Part shown: positions 20,248 to 29,917 of the stretch, piece after piece
How the letters are laid out: every line of letters starts with the position of its first letter
Numbering within the stretch: position 1 is the first letter of the stretch
Assembly: GCA_964291495.2 (NCBI GenBank)
Contig: OZ219867.1
Location: 32,001-96,000, forward strand
Reading direction: 5' to 3'
DNA: 64,000 nt
Origin: Dehalococcoidia bacterium
GTDB taxonomy: Bacteria; Chloroflexota; Dehalococcoidia; UBA2979
Program-made: the position numbers and the translations under genes
The notes under the pieces: generated by a model
The model's database searches: none
What the model was told of the DNA's origin: nothing
Seen by the model: only the letters and a program-made list of their open reading frames with translations

Positions 20248-20679
20248 ATCAAGTTCATTGCAGTCGTGCTGCTGGGCCTTTCCTGCGTCCTCGCCGTGAG
20301 TTGTGGGCAGGGTTCGGCATTCTCCCTGGAAGTTGGAGACTGCCTCGACGAGCCGCAAGGCGGTGAGTTCTCGGACGTCGACAAGGTTCCGTGTGACGAA
20401 CCGCACGAGCTCGAGGTCTTTGCAGTCGTTCAGCACCCAGCGGGGGACGACGCGCCCTTCCCCGGGGCCGCCCGTATCGAGCAAGTCGCCTTCGATCTCT
20501 GCTTTGCATTCTTCGAGGACTACGTCGATCGGCCCTATCCCGACTCCCTTCTGGACATCGCCACGTTCAACCCGACCCAGGGCTCCTGGGACGACATCGA
20601 TGATCGAGAGATCGTCTGCCTGTTGTACGACCTGGAGTCCCGATACATGGACGAAAGCATGAAAGGCAGTCGCCGCTAG
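20248..20679 (+). CDS. Septum-formation-family lipoprotein
   Basis: Signal KFIAVVLLGLSCVLAVSC; VGDC, VPCDEPHELEVF, PTQGSW..DREIVC motifs; apparent start is ATC after GGAGG. Confidence 0.75.
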   Translation: MKFIAVVLLGLSCVLAVSCGQGSAFSLEVGDCLDEPQGGEFSDVDKVPCDEPHELEVFAVVQHPAGDDAPFPGAARIEQVAFDLCFAFFEDYVDRPYPDSLLDIATFNPTQGSWDDIDDREIVCLLYDLESRYMDESMKGSRR

Positions 20680-20727
20680 CCTCGCCGCAGCGACGCGCGA
20701 GCACTGCCGGGCGACTGAGTTAGCTCG

Positions 20728-22059
20728 CTACGTCGCGTCCTCCGTGTAGACGGTGCCGATGACGCCGTCCGCCTCGAGGCGCTGGTACTCCTCCTCGCTG
20801 AGGCCGAGCAGGCCGCAGAGCAGCTCGTGGTTGTGCTGGCCCAACGTGGGGGCGGGGGCGCGCACCGGGCTCAGCGGCTGCTCGGAGAAGCGGGCGAGCG
20901 GGCCGGGGTAGAGGTGCGTGCCCGCCTCCGGGTGCGTGATCGGCTCGAAGAAGCCACGCGCCTGCAGCTGCGGATCGGCGTGCATCAGCGTCTGGCGGTT
21001 GACCATCGCCGCGGGCACGCCGGCCCCTTGCAGCAGCAGCATCAGCTCGCGCGCCGTGTGCAGCCGCGTCCACTCCTCGATGCGCGGCTCCAGCTCGTCC
21101 TGGTTGCGGTAGCGCGAGACCACGTCGGCGTAGCGCTCGTCCGAGGCCAGCTCGGGCGCGCCCATCGCCTCGCAGAGCGCCGCCCAGGCGGCATCGCTGG
21201 GCACGGCGATCGCGACATAAGGGAGCAGGTCATGCTCCAGCCCCGGCTCCTCGGCGGTGGGGAAGATGCCGTAGGGGGCCATCGATGGGTGGCGGTTGCC
21301 CCAGTGCTCTTGCAGCCGCCCGTTCAGCTCGTGGTCCATCCAGGCGTGCGAGACGTGGTGCATCACCGCTTCCGACTGCGCCAGCTCGACGAGCCGCCCC
21401 TCGCCGGTGCGCTCGCGCTGGTAGAGCGCGGTCTGCAGGGCGAAGGCCATGTGCGCCCCGGCGTTGGGGTCGGCGTGGTAGGTGGGCGGCGTCTGCGAGG
21501 GGTCGGAGTCGCGGTAGCCGCGGATCAGGGTGTGCCCGGCCAGCGCCTCCATCGCCGCCCCGAAGCCCTTGAAGTCGCGGTAGGGGCCGCTCAGGCCGAA
21601 GCCGGGGAAGCGGATCATGATCAGCCGCGGGTTCACCTCGGACAGCGTCGGCCAATCGATGCCCAGGCTCGCGACGACGCCCTCCGCGTTGTTCTCGATG
21701 AACGCGTCGGAGTGGCGCACGAGCTCCAGGAACAGCTCGTGCCCCCGCTCGCTGTGGAGGTCGAGCGTGACGCTCTTGTGGGCGCGCTTCGCGTAGTTGA
21801 AGAACGTATAGCGATTCCAGAACCCCTCGCTCGTGTCGCGGTTCACGAGGCCCGCGCCCGTGGCGCCCTCGCGCAGCCGCTCCGAGATGTGGCGGTAGAA
21901 GGTGCGCGTCGGGTTGAGGTGCTGGATCGACTCGATCTCGATCACCTCCGCGCCGAGGTCGGCGAGGATCATCGAGCCGAACGGACCGGCCCAGACGATC
22001 CCCTGCGCGAGCACGCGCACGCCCCCCAGCGGCAGCCCGGCCGACGGCTGCGTGGCCAT
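20728..22059 (-). CDS. Class III (CaiB/BaiF) CoA-transferase, Asp-containing subunit
   Basis: VWAGPF, LGAEVIEIE, FGLSGPY, YHADPNAG, APTLGQHN. Confidence 0.92.
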   Translation of the reverse strand: MATQPSAGLPLGGVRVLAQGIVWAGPFGSMILADLGAEVIEIESIQHLNPTRTFYRHISERLREGATGAGLVNRDTSEGFWNRYTFFNYAKRAHKSVTLDLHSERGHELFLELVRHSDAFIENNAEGVVASLGIDWPTLSEVNPRLIMIRFPGFGLSGPYRDFKGFGAAMEALAGHTLIRGYRDSDPSQTPPTYHADPNAGAHMAFALQTALYQRERTGEGRLVELAQSEAVMHHVSHAWMDHELNGRLQEHWGNRHPSMAPYGIFPTAEEPGLEHDLLPYVAIAVPSDAAWAALCEAMGAPELASDERYADVVSRYRNQDELEPRIEEWTRLHTARELMLLLQGAGVPAAMVNRQTLMHADPQLQARGFFEPITHPEAGTHLYPGPLARFSEQPLSPVRAPAPTLGQHNHELLCGLLGLSEEEYQRLEADGVIGTVYTEDAT

Positions 22060-23294
22060 CAGACGACGTTCCGCTGGCGCAGTTGCACGATCTGCTCGCG
22101 GCTGTAGCCGAGCCCGCTCAGCACCTCGACGGTGTGCTCGCCGAGCAGCGGCGCGGGACGCAGCTGCACGGGCGTGCCGTGCAGCGTGAAGGGCGGACCG
22201 AAGTACTCGAGGCGTCCGGCTGCGGGGTGCTCGACGCTCTGGAAGTAGCCGCGCCCGCGCACGTGGGGGTCGCTGCTCAGGTCCTCCATCGTGTAGATCG
22301 CGGTCGCGCCCAGCCCGTGCGCCTGCGCCTCCATCATCGCCTCGCGCTTGGTCTTCGAGAGCACCCAGGGCAGGAACAGCTCGTCGACCTTCGGGCCGAG
22401 CGCGGGGTCGTCGAGGCGGTCGACGTACTCGGGGTCGTCGATCAGGTCGGGCCGGCCGAGCAGGCGGCAGAGCCGGTCCCACCAGCGGATCGAGGCGTTG
22501 ATGTGCACGTAGCCGTCCTTGCAGGGGTAGGGCCCGCTCGGCAGCGAGCTGGTGGCCGCCGAGGCGATCCCGTGGCCGAGCGCGCCGGTGTACTGCGTCG
22601 AGAGCAGATTGGTGCCGCCACGGTCCATCGAGCCGGCCAGCACCTCCATCAGCGACACGTCCGCACGCTCGCCGTGACCGCTACGGCGTCCGCCCGTAAG
22701 CGCGCCGAAGGCATACGCCGCCACCACGCCGCCGGCGAGGAAGAGCGGGGCGTAGATGCCGAGCTTGACCGGCTCGCGGCCCTCCATGAGCGTGATCGAG
22801 AGCACGCCGCCCATCGCGTAGGCGAGCATGTCGTCCGCCGCGAAGTCGCGGTACGGGCCGTCCTGCCCGAAGTTGGAGATGCGCATCAGCGAGAGCGCGG
22901 GATTGGCCTCGCGCAGCGCCGGGTCGCCGATGCCGAGCCGCTCGAGCGTCCCCGGCCGGAAGCTCTCGACGGCGAGATCGGCCTGCTCGGCGAGCCGCAG
23001 CAGGATCGCGCGCCCGCTCGCCGTCTTGAGGTTGAGCGTGACGCTGCGCTTGCCGGTGTTGAGCGCGAGGAACATGCCGCTGCGCTCGCGGTGCGGCTCG
23101 TCGCCGGGGAACGGCCCGAAGCGCCGTGAGACGTCGCCGCGCGCGGGATGCTCGATCTTCGTGACCTCCGCCCCGTAGTCCGCGAACAGCTTTGTGGCGT
23201 AGGGGCCGGTGATGCCCTGCGAGAGATCGAGGATGCGGAGACCCTGGAGCGGTCCTGGCTCGGCGGACGGGGCAGCGCTGGATTCTGTGGACAC
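22059..23294 (-). CDS. Class III CoA-transferase, partner subunit
   Basis: LQGLRILDLS, NTGKRSVTL, FGQDGPY, APLLGEHT; no Asp at catalytic position. Confidence 0.92.
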   Translation of the reverse strand: MSTESSAAPSAEPGPLQGLRILDLSQGITGPYATKLFADYGAEVTKIEHPARGDVSRRFGPFPGDEPHRERSGMFLALNTGKRSVTLNLKTASGRAILLRLAEQADLAVESFRPGTLERLGIGDPALREANPALSLMRISNFGQDGPYRDFAADDMLAYAMGGVLSITLMEGREPVKLGIYAPLFLAGGVVAAYAFGALTGGRRSGHGERADVSLMEVLAGSMDRGGTNLLSTQYTGALGHGIASAATSSLPSGPYPCKDGYVHINASIRWWDRLCRLLGRPDLIDDPEYVDRLDDPALGPKVDELFLPWVLSKTKREAMMEAQAHGLGATAIYTMEDLSSDPHVRGRGYFQSVEHPAAGRLEYFGPPFTLHGTPVQLRPAPLLGEHTVEVLSGLGYSREQIVQLRQRNVV

Positions 23295-23419
23295 GGCGCC
23301 TCCGGAAACGGGCCCGGCGATTCTGGCCGATCGCGTGGCGATCCTCAAAGCGACCGCTCCCCTGCAGCCGGCGGAGCGGGTCGGCTCGACGCATGTATCG
23401 TGGCCCCGAGGAGGGCGCG

Positions 23420-24283
23420 ATGTCGGATGCAAGCGGGCGCACGGTCGTGCTGAGCGGTGCGACCTCGGGCATCGGCAGGGCGGCCGCACACGCCCTCGCT
23501 GCCGGCGGCGCACACCTCACGCTCGTCGGCCGCAACGAGGCGTTGCTCGCCGAACTGACGGCCGAGCTGGGCGAGGCGACCGACTGGGTGCTCGCCGACC
23601 TCACGAGCCTCGAGGAGACGCGGCGCGCAGCCGCGCAGATCCGCGAGCGCCACGGCCGCCTCGACGTGCTCATCAACAACGCCGGCGGATTCTTCTCGAG
23701 GCGGGGAGAGAGTGCCGAGGGACTGGAGCTGTCCCTCGCGCTCAATCACCTCTCGCCGTTCGTGCTCACCTCGGAACTGCTGCCGCTGCTGCGAGCGGCG
23801 GCCGAGGAGGACCGCGAGCGCGGCGCGCGCATCGTCAACGTGGCCTCCAGCGCCCACCGCTCGGGCGTGCAGTGGGACGACCTCGCCTGCGAGCGCCGCT
23901 ACGGGATGATGCGCGCCTACGGCCAGGCCAAGGCGCTGATGATCATGACCACGAACGAGCTTGCGAGGCGCCTCGAGGGCATGGGAGTGACCGCGAACAG
24001 CGTTCACCCGGGGGTCGTGCGCACCGGTATCGCGCGAAAGTCCGGCAACCGCCTCATGGGCATCGGGTTCGACCTCATTGCGCGCTGGGCACTGCTGTCG
24101 CCGGAGCGCGGAGCTTCGTACGTCCTGCGCCTCGCGATTTCCGAGGAGCTGGCGGGCGTCAGCGGAACCTACTGGAGCAAGGACCGGCTCGAGGAGCCCG
24201 CCGGGGACGCCGCCGACCGCTCGGCGCAGCAGCGGGCGTGGACGCTGTCCGAGGAGTTGGCGGGGATGGCGGCAGCGGGCTGA
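23420..24283 (+). CDS. Short-chain dehydrogenase/reductase (retinol-dehydrogenase-like)
   Basis: SGATSGIG, NNAG, YGQAK, HPGVVRT. Confidence 0.92.
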   Translation: MSDASGRTVVLSGATSGIGRAAAHALAAGGAHLTLVGRNEALLAELTAELGEATDWVLADLTSLEETRRAAAQIRERHGRLDVLINNAGGFFSRRGESAEGLELSLALNHLSPFVLTSELLPLLRAAAEEDRERGARIVNVASSAHRSGVQWDDLACERRYGMMRAYGQAKALMIMTTNELARRLEGMGVTANSVHPGVVRTGIARKSGNRLMGIGFDLIARWALLSPERGASYVLRLAISEELAGVSGTYWSKDRLEEPAGDAADRSAQQRAWTLSEELAGMAAAG

Positions 24284-24290
24284 GCCGCGG

Positions 24291-25577
24291 CTACCCCTCG
24301 GGAGCCGTCGCCGCCTCGCGCAGCGGGGCGAGGGCGGCGATCACGGCGGCGAGGGCGGCGATGCAGCCGGCGTAGACGACCACGCCGTGGAAGTCCCAGG
24401 CCGTGTTGATCGCCCCCGCGACGACGGGCGAGATCGCGCCCACGATCGCGCCGCCGGTGAACAGCATCGCCACCGCCGAGCCCTCGCTACCGCCCTGCAC
24501 CGACTCCATAGCGGCGGCCATCATGATCGAGTTCACGGAGAACAGCACGACGCCGAGCAGCGCGAGGTTCATCGTCAGCGCCCAGCCGGAGTCCGCCCAG
24601 AGGAAGGCGAAGGTCAGTGTCGACATCGTGATGAGCCCGAACAGGATCACCGGCCGTCGCCCGATCCGGTCGGAGACCCCGCCCATGACCGGCCCTGCGA
24701 GGATGCCGAGCAGTGTGAGCAGCCCGAGGTGGGCGCCCACGACAACGTCGGAGTAGTCGAGGTCCTCGACCATGTAGAGCACGAGGAAGGCAGCGAAGGC
24801 GTTGTGGGCCATCCCGCGAAGCGCCGTCACGGAGACGAGCGCGATCACGGTCGGGTTGCGGAATAGCGGGCGCGCCGATCCGAGGTAATCGCGCAGCCGC
24901 ACGCGCGCCTGCGCGCCTGCTCCGGCGGAGGTGAAGCGGATCAGGATCACCAGCCCCGTGACGACGGCCGGACCGACGTGCAGCAGCGCCACGGTGCGCC
25001 AGCTCAGCCCGCCCCACTCGAGGCCGGCGAAGCTCAGCCCGCCGAGCAGGATGCCGATCACGAACGGCGCCGAGGAATCCCCGATCGAGCCCCCGGAGCG
25101 GTGCGCGGCGATCGCGAAGGCGCGCCGCTGCGGGTAGCGCACCGCCAGCTCCGTGAAGGCGGGCGCGTGCCACATCGAGGTGCCCGCCCCGCAGACGGCG
25201 ACCGCGATCAGGATCAGCCAGTAGTTGGAGGCGAGCCCGATCGCGGCGTAGCCGAGGGCGAGGCAGGTCATGCTGCCGGTGAGCATCAGCGCGATACGGC
25301 TGCGGAACATGTCCGTGAGGACGCCGGCAGGGACGTTCATCGCGCCCATCGCCGCGGCGCGCGCGCCGATGATCCCGCCGGCGGCCACGTCGCTGAGCAG
25401 CAGCGCCTCCTTGATGTGCGGGAGCAGCAGCAGCAGCGTCTGCTGGTAGAAGTGTTTCACGCCGTGGCCGGCGGAAAGGCCCACCATCAGCCGCATGCTC
25501 TCGTGTGAGCGCGGTGACGCCTCGTCGCCGCCGGGGGCGGGGGTCTCGAGCGTGGCCGATCGCGGAGCGGTGGTCAT
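24291..25577 (-). CDS. MFS transporter
   Basis: About 12 TM segments, GGVSDRIGRR motif A. Confidence 0.9.
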   Translation of the reverse strand: MTTAPRSATLETPAPGGDEASPRSHESMRLMVGLSAGHGVKHFYQQTLLLLLPHIKEALLLSDVAAGGIIGARAAAMGAMNVPAGVLTDMFRSRIALMLTGSMTCLALGYAAIGLASNYWLILIAVAVCGAGTSMWHAPAFTELAVRYPQRRAFAIAAHRSGGSIGDSSAPFVIGILLGGLSFAGLEWGGLSWRTVALLHVGPAVVTGLVILIRFTSAGAGAQARVRLRDYLGSARPLFRNPTVIALVSVTALRGMAHNAFAAFLVLYMVEDLDYSDVVVGAHLGLLTLLGILAGPVMGGVSDRIGRRPVILFGLITMSTLTFAFLWADSGWALTMNLALLGVVLFSVNSIMMAAAMESVQGGSEGSAVAMLFTGGAIVGAISPVVAGAINTAWDFHGVVVYAGCIAALAAVIAALAPLREAATAPEG

Positions 25578-25640
25578 GGGGCAAGGGTAACGTGCGGGGC
25601 GGGCGAGCGCCGTCCACGCGACGAGGCAGGAGCAACGGTA

Positions 25641-25716
25641 TGGCGCGCCCGGAAGGATTCGAACCTTCGGCCTCAGCCTCCGCAGGGCTGCGCTCTATCC
25701 CCTGAGCTACGGGCGC
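25641..25716 (-). tRNA. tRNA-Arg(GCG)
   Basis: GCGCCCGTAGCTCAGGGGATAGAGCG CAGCC-CTGCGGA-GGCTG...GGTTCGAATCC...GCGCGCCA. Confidence 0.95.
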
Positions 25717-25747
25717 GTGCGAACCAGTATGCGGTATATCCGGTTTA

Positions 25748-25834
25748 TGGTGCCGAAGGTGAGATTTGAACTCACACGGGGATAAACCCCACTGCGCCCT
25801 GAACGCAGCGCGTCTGCCGTTCCGCCACTTCGGC
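25748..25834 (-). tRNA. tRNA-Leu(CAG)
   Basis: GCCGAAGTGGCGGAACGGCAGACGCG CTGCG-TTCAGGG-CGCAG, long variable arm, CCA end. Confidence 0.96.
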
Positions 25835-25935
25835 ACGGTCCGCGGGGCCGCTCGGCGCACGGGCCGATCGCCGTCCGCGACAGTGCCATTATACTGCACG
25901 GACTCCCAGACACTTCCCACGTAGGGGATTGGAAT

Positions 25936-27084
25936 ATGTCGATGCGCCTCATGAGATCAGGCTGGCTCGCCGCCCTCGCCATGACGATTGCCGTCCTTGC
26001 ATTCGCCGCTGCCTGCGGTGGCGGCGACGATCCCGAACCGACACCCACGGCAGCAGCGACGGCAGTCGCCACCCCGGCGCCGACCGCGACCCCAACGCCC
26101 ACGCCGACCCCTACGCCAACTCCGCCGCCACCCACTCCCACACCGACACCCACCGCGCCACCGGCGACGGCGACGCCGACCGAGGCCCCCCCGCCATCGG
26201 CGACCCAGCCCGCGCAGGGCGTCAAGGAGCTGGTGATCACGACGGCAACCACCGGCAAGGACCTCATGGACAGCGTCTCCGAAGCTGAGCAGGTCTGCGT
26301 CCGTGAAGTCTTCGGTGACCTCATCTACGACGTCATGCTCGCCACGCCGATCCTGCTGGCCGCCTCGCAGGCCGAGGCCGGGGCGCCGCTGTTCGGCTGC
26401 CTCGAGGTCGAGAACCTCGTGACGCTCGGCATGAAGTTCATCGCGGCGCAGGCCGGCGGATGGAGCGATGACACCGTCGCCTGCATGATCGGCGTCGGTC
26501 TGACCAACCCCACCGTCGTGATGATCGCTCTGGGCGTGCCCGTGGGCGAAGACGCCGGCGGGGCGGCGGGCGCCCAGCCGTTCTTCCCGGAGGCCTACAA
26601 CTGCCTCAACGAGCAGGAGAGGATCGACTACATGGTCAGCTTCCAGGGGACGATCGACAGCCTCACGAGCGCAGAGCGCGACCTGATCGGTGCGATCCCG
26701 GAGGCCGATGTCGCCTGCATTCGTGACGCGGTCGACGGCGACGAGTACAACACCCTTCTCTCCGGTACGGTCCACGAGGCCCTCGACCTCTCGGACGCGG
26801 TCGCCGATTGCATATCGGACGAAGGCTACGTCCGGGCATTCGTCGCGATCACCGAGGCGGCAACCGGCGGGCTGACCGACGACACCCGGTCCTGCCTTGC
26901 CGACTTCGAGGGAGAGCAACCCCACCACCTGGCGCTGATCAACGTGCGCGCGATCGATCCATCGACGACGGACGCGGCCGTGATCGCATCGATCGCCGCC
27001 GCCGGCGGCAGGTCCTGGGAGTGCATGAACGACGAGGAGCTCGGGCGAGCTCAGCAAGCGGCGCTCATCGCGCTGACGCAGTAG
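25936..27084 (+). CDS. Lipoprotein with Pro/Thr linker and two Cys-rich helical modules
   Basis: Lipobox FAAAC, (PT)n linker, internal duplication with 4 Cys per module. Confidence 0.85.
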   Translation: MSMRLMRSGWLAALAMTIAVLAFAAACGGGDDPEPTPTAAATAVATPAPTATPTPTPTPTPTPPPPTPTPTPTAPPATATPTEAPPPSATQPAQGVKELVITTATTGKDLMDSVSEAEQVCVREVFGDLIYDVMLATPILLAASQAEAGAPLFGCLEVENLVTLGMKFIAAQAGGWSDDTVACMIGVGLTNPTVVMIALGVPVGEDAGGAAGAQPFFPEAYNCLNEQERIDYMVSFQGTIDSLTSAERDLIGAIPEADVACIRDAVDGDEYNTLLSGTVHEALDLSDAVADCISDEGYVRAFVAITEAATGGLTDDTRSCLADFEGEQPHHLALINVRAIDPSTTDAAVIASIAAAGGRSWECMNDEELGRAQQAALIALTQ

Positions 27085-27113
27085 CGAGACAGCAGCCCCT
27101 GTTAGGGACGACC

Positions 27114-27147
27114 GCGGCCGCATCCTTCGGGGTGCGGCCGCTTCGTG
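27114..27147 (+). terminator. Hairpin / intrinsic terminator candidate
   Basis: GCGGCCGCATCC-TTCG-GGGTGCGGCCGC followed by TTCGTG. Confidence 0.6.
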
Positions 27148-27305
27148 TCCCGGCGGGATCGCGAGGGCGTCGCACCCCTGGACCGACTCGTGGTCATCGC
27201 GAGTCACCAACCTCCGCACCGCGACGGAGCTGCGCGACATATGCACGTGCGACGTAGTCTCGCCGTACACTGCGGGGCGACTGCCTGGGAGATGCGAGGC
27301 GAGCG

Positions 27306-29783
27306 ATGGACAACGCTCTTGGTGGCCTGAGCCGGCTCGTAACGGCCCGCCCATGGATCACGCTCGCCGTGCTCCTCCTCGTCACCGTGCTGCTCGCGGC
27401 CGGGTCGGGGCTGCGCGCCCCCCCGCCGGACACCGAGGCAACGCTCCCCCGGGGAAGCGCGGTCGCGGAAGCCCTGTTCGAGATCGACGAACTCTTCGGG
27501 GAAGCCGGCGACGTACGGGTGGCGACGCTGCTCTTCCGCGGCGATGCACTGACACCCGAGGGGCTCGCGCAGATGGCCTCCCTCCTCGACGCGATCGTCG
27601 GCTCGCCGGGAGTCGGCGAACTGCTTGTGCCGGCCAACCCCGTCGTCTCGCCCGCTCAGCTCGTGCAGGGCGCCCTCCAGGTGGACGGCTTCGAGTCGGT
27701 GACGCAGGCGCAGATCGATGCGGTGCGCGACGCGCCCGGGATCGGCGAGCTGCTCGCCGTCATGACCGGGAACGACTCCGACGGCACGCCCATCGCGACC
27801 GCCGGTATCCGCCTGCGCGACACGTCCGACCAGCGAGTCGAGGATGCCGAACGGAGGATCAGCGAGCTTGCGGCTGGGAGCGATGGCCCGCTGCGCGTGA
27901 GCAGCATCTCCTTCGTGGTCATCGAGGACGAGTTCCGGAGGGCCACGGAAACGGCCATGCTGCCTCTGATCGGGCTGGCGCTGCTGCTGATCGCGGCGCT
28001 GCTCCTGCTGTTCATGCGCGCCCTCTCGGATCTGCTGCTCACGCTCGGGGGACTACTCGTCGCGCTGATCTGGATTGGCGGAGCGGAGGGCTGGCTGGGG
28101 CCGAACGGGCTGGGCCTGACCGGCCCCCCGAATGCGCTCACGTCGATGGTGCCGATCATCATGATCGGCCTCACGGTGGACTACGCGATCCAGACGGTCT
28201 CGCACTACCGCGAGCAGCGCGCGGCGGGTGAGCCCGTGGCGGCAGCCGCGCGGATCGGACTGCGAAACGTGAGCGTCCCGCTCATGCTGGCTGCCGTGAC
28301 GACGATCGTGAGCCTGCTGGTAGGCATGTTCTCGCCGGTCGAGATCGTTGGCGACTTCGGCGTCATCGCGGGCCTGGGCGTGGGCCTGAGCCTGATCGTG
28401 ATGCTGACGCTGATTCCCGCAGGCCGGACGATCATCGATCGGCGGCGCGCGGCGCGCGGGACGTTGCGACCGCCGCGCCTGATCGCGCACGCCTTCCCCG
28501 GCGTGGAACAGCTGGCGGGGTGGCTCGGGAGGAAGCTCACCCACAGACCCGCGCCCTACATCGCCGTCGTGGTGGCGGTGACGATCGGGCTCGGGTACGC
28601 GGCGACGGGCCTCCACTCGGAGTACAGCATCCGCGACCTCCTGCCCCGAGGTGGCAGCGTGCTCACGGACCTGGACACGCTGGACGCAGCCGTCGGCGGG
28701 TCGACGGAGGTGGCCAGCGTGCTCCTGAAGGCGGAGGCCACGGAGACCCGCACGCTCCTCAACCTGAAAGACCTCCGTGTCGCCTTCGAGGACGGATCGA
28801 GCCGCCCGGCCGCGGGAGCCGGTCCGCTCCAGACGTCGTATGAGCTGCTCATCCAGGACTGGGTCCACGACAGCGGCGAGCCCGGCGACAAGTACGACCC
28901 GGAGCTCGCCGCGCTCTTCCGGGAAGCCTCGGCGGGCGTGGAACTCGACCCGGTGCTGATGCAGGAGTTCCTCGAGAGGCTCGGCGAGCGGGAGCCCGCC
29001 CTTGCGCACAGTCTGGTCAACAATCCGAACGGCATCGACACGATGCTCGTCCAGTTCCCCGCCTACACGGGTGATCCCTCGGCCTCCCGGAGGCTCCAGC
29101 AGGACATCGAGGAGCTGTGGCGGGGCGATGACTCCGCCATCACGGCGACATCGGAGACCATCATCTCGTTCGCGGTGACCGATGCGGTCCGGGACCGGCA
29201 AACGGACTCGGTCAGCACCACGGTCATCGTCGCCCTGACCGTGCTCGCCGTCTTCTTCTGGGTCACGGTGCGCCAGCCGGGGCTGGCGGTCATCGCGGTC
29301 GTGCCGACGGCGCTCGTCCTCGTCTCGGTGCTGGGCACGATGGCGCTGCTGGACATCCCGTACACCATCGTCACCTCGATCATCACGGCACTCTCGATCG
29401 GGATCGGGGTCGACTACACGATCCACATGATTCATCGCTACCGCGAGGAGTTCACTCGCGTGCGGGACCCGGAGCGGGCGGCGGTGCGGACGCTCGCAGC
29501 CACCGGTTCGGCGCTGTTGGGCTCCGCGATGACGACGGGCCTCGGCATCGGCGTGCTGGCCGCCTCGCCACTGGCCGCCTTCCAGCAGTTCGGCATCGCC
29601 GCTGCGATCACCATCGCCTACTCGCTGATTGTCGCGGTGCTGGTCGTGCCGCCCGCGATGACGGTCTGGGGCGCCTACCGCAACATGCGGCTGCGCTCGA
29701 TGGTGCAGCGCACCTGGGACGAGCTCGACGAGGCGATCGAGGGCATCCACCGGCGCCACGGCGAGGACCCGGGCGAGGCCTGA
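27306..29783 (+). CDS. MMPL/RND-family transporter
   Basis: Two TM bundles with IGLTVDYAI and IGIGVDYTIH motifs and two extracytoplasmic loops. Confidence 0.92.
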   Translation: MDNALGGLSRLVTARPWITLAVLLLVTVLLAAGSGLRAPPPDTEATLPRGSAVAEALFEIDELFGEAGDVRVATLLFRGDALTPEGLAQMASLLDAIVGSPGVGELLVPANPVVSPAQLVQGALQVDGFESVTQAQIDAVRDAPGIGELLAVMTGNDSDGTPIATAGIRLRDTSDQRVEDAERRISELAAGSDGPLRVSSISFVVIEDEFRRATETAMLPLIGLALLLIAALLLLFMRALSDLLLTLGGLLVALIWIGGAEGWLGPNGLGLTGPPNALTSMVPIIMIGLTVDYAIQTVSHYREQRAAGEPVAAAARIGLRNVSVPLMLAAVTTIVSLLVGMFSPVEIVGDFGVIAGLGVGLSLIVMLTLIPAGRTIIDRRRAARGTLRPPRLIAHAFPGVEQLAGWLGRKLTHRPAPYIAVVVAVTIGLGYAATGLHSEYSIRDLLPRGGSVLTDLDTLDAAVGGSTEVASVLLKAEATETRTLLNLKDLRVAFEDGSSRPAAGAGPLQTSYELLIQDWVHDSGEPGDKYDPELAALFREASAGVELDPVLMQEFLERLGEREPALAHSLVNNPNGIDTMLVQFPAYTGDPSASRRLQQDIEELWRGDDSAITATSETIISFAVTDAVRDRQTDSVSTTVIVALTVLAVFFWVTVRQPGLAVIAVVPTALVLVSVLGTMALLDIPYTIVTSIITALSIGIGVDYTIHMIHRYREEFTRVRDPERAAVRTLAATGSALLGSAMTTGLGIGVLAASPLAAFQQFGIAAAITIAYSLIVAVLVVPPAMTVWGAYRNMRLRSMVQRTWDELDEAIEGIHRRHGEDPGEA

Positions 29784-29917
29784 GCCTGCCGCCACCGCGG
29801 ACGGGGGTCGAGCCGGCGTCGCCCGCACAGGCGCGGCCCTCGACGTCGGCGTACCTTCGCAGGCGGTGGTCGGCTTGCGGGCAGCGTCGTCTCTGCGCCC
29901 TCGAGTGCCGCGTGATC

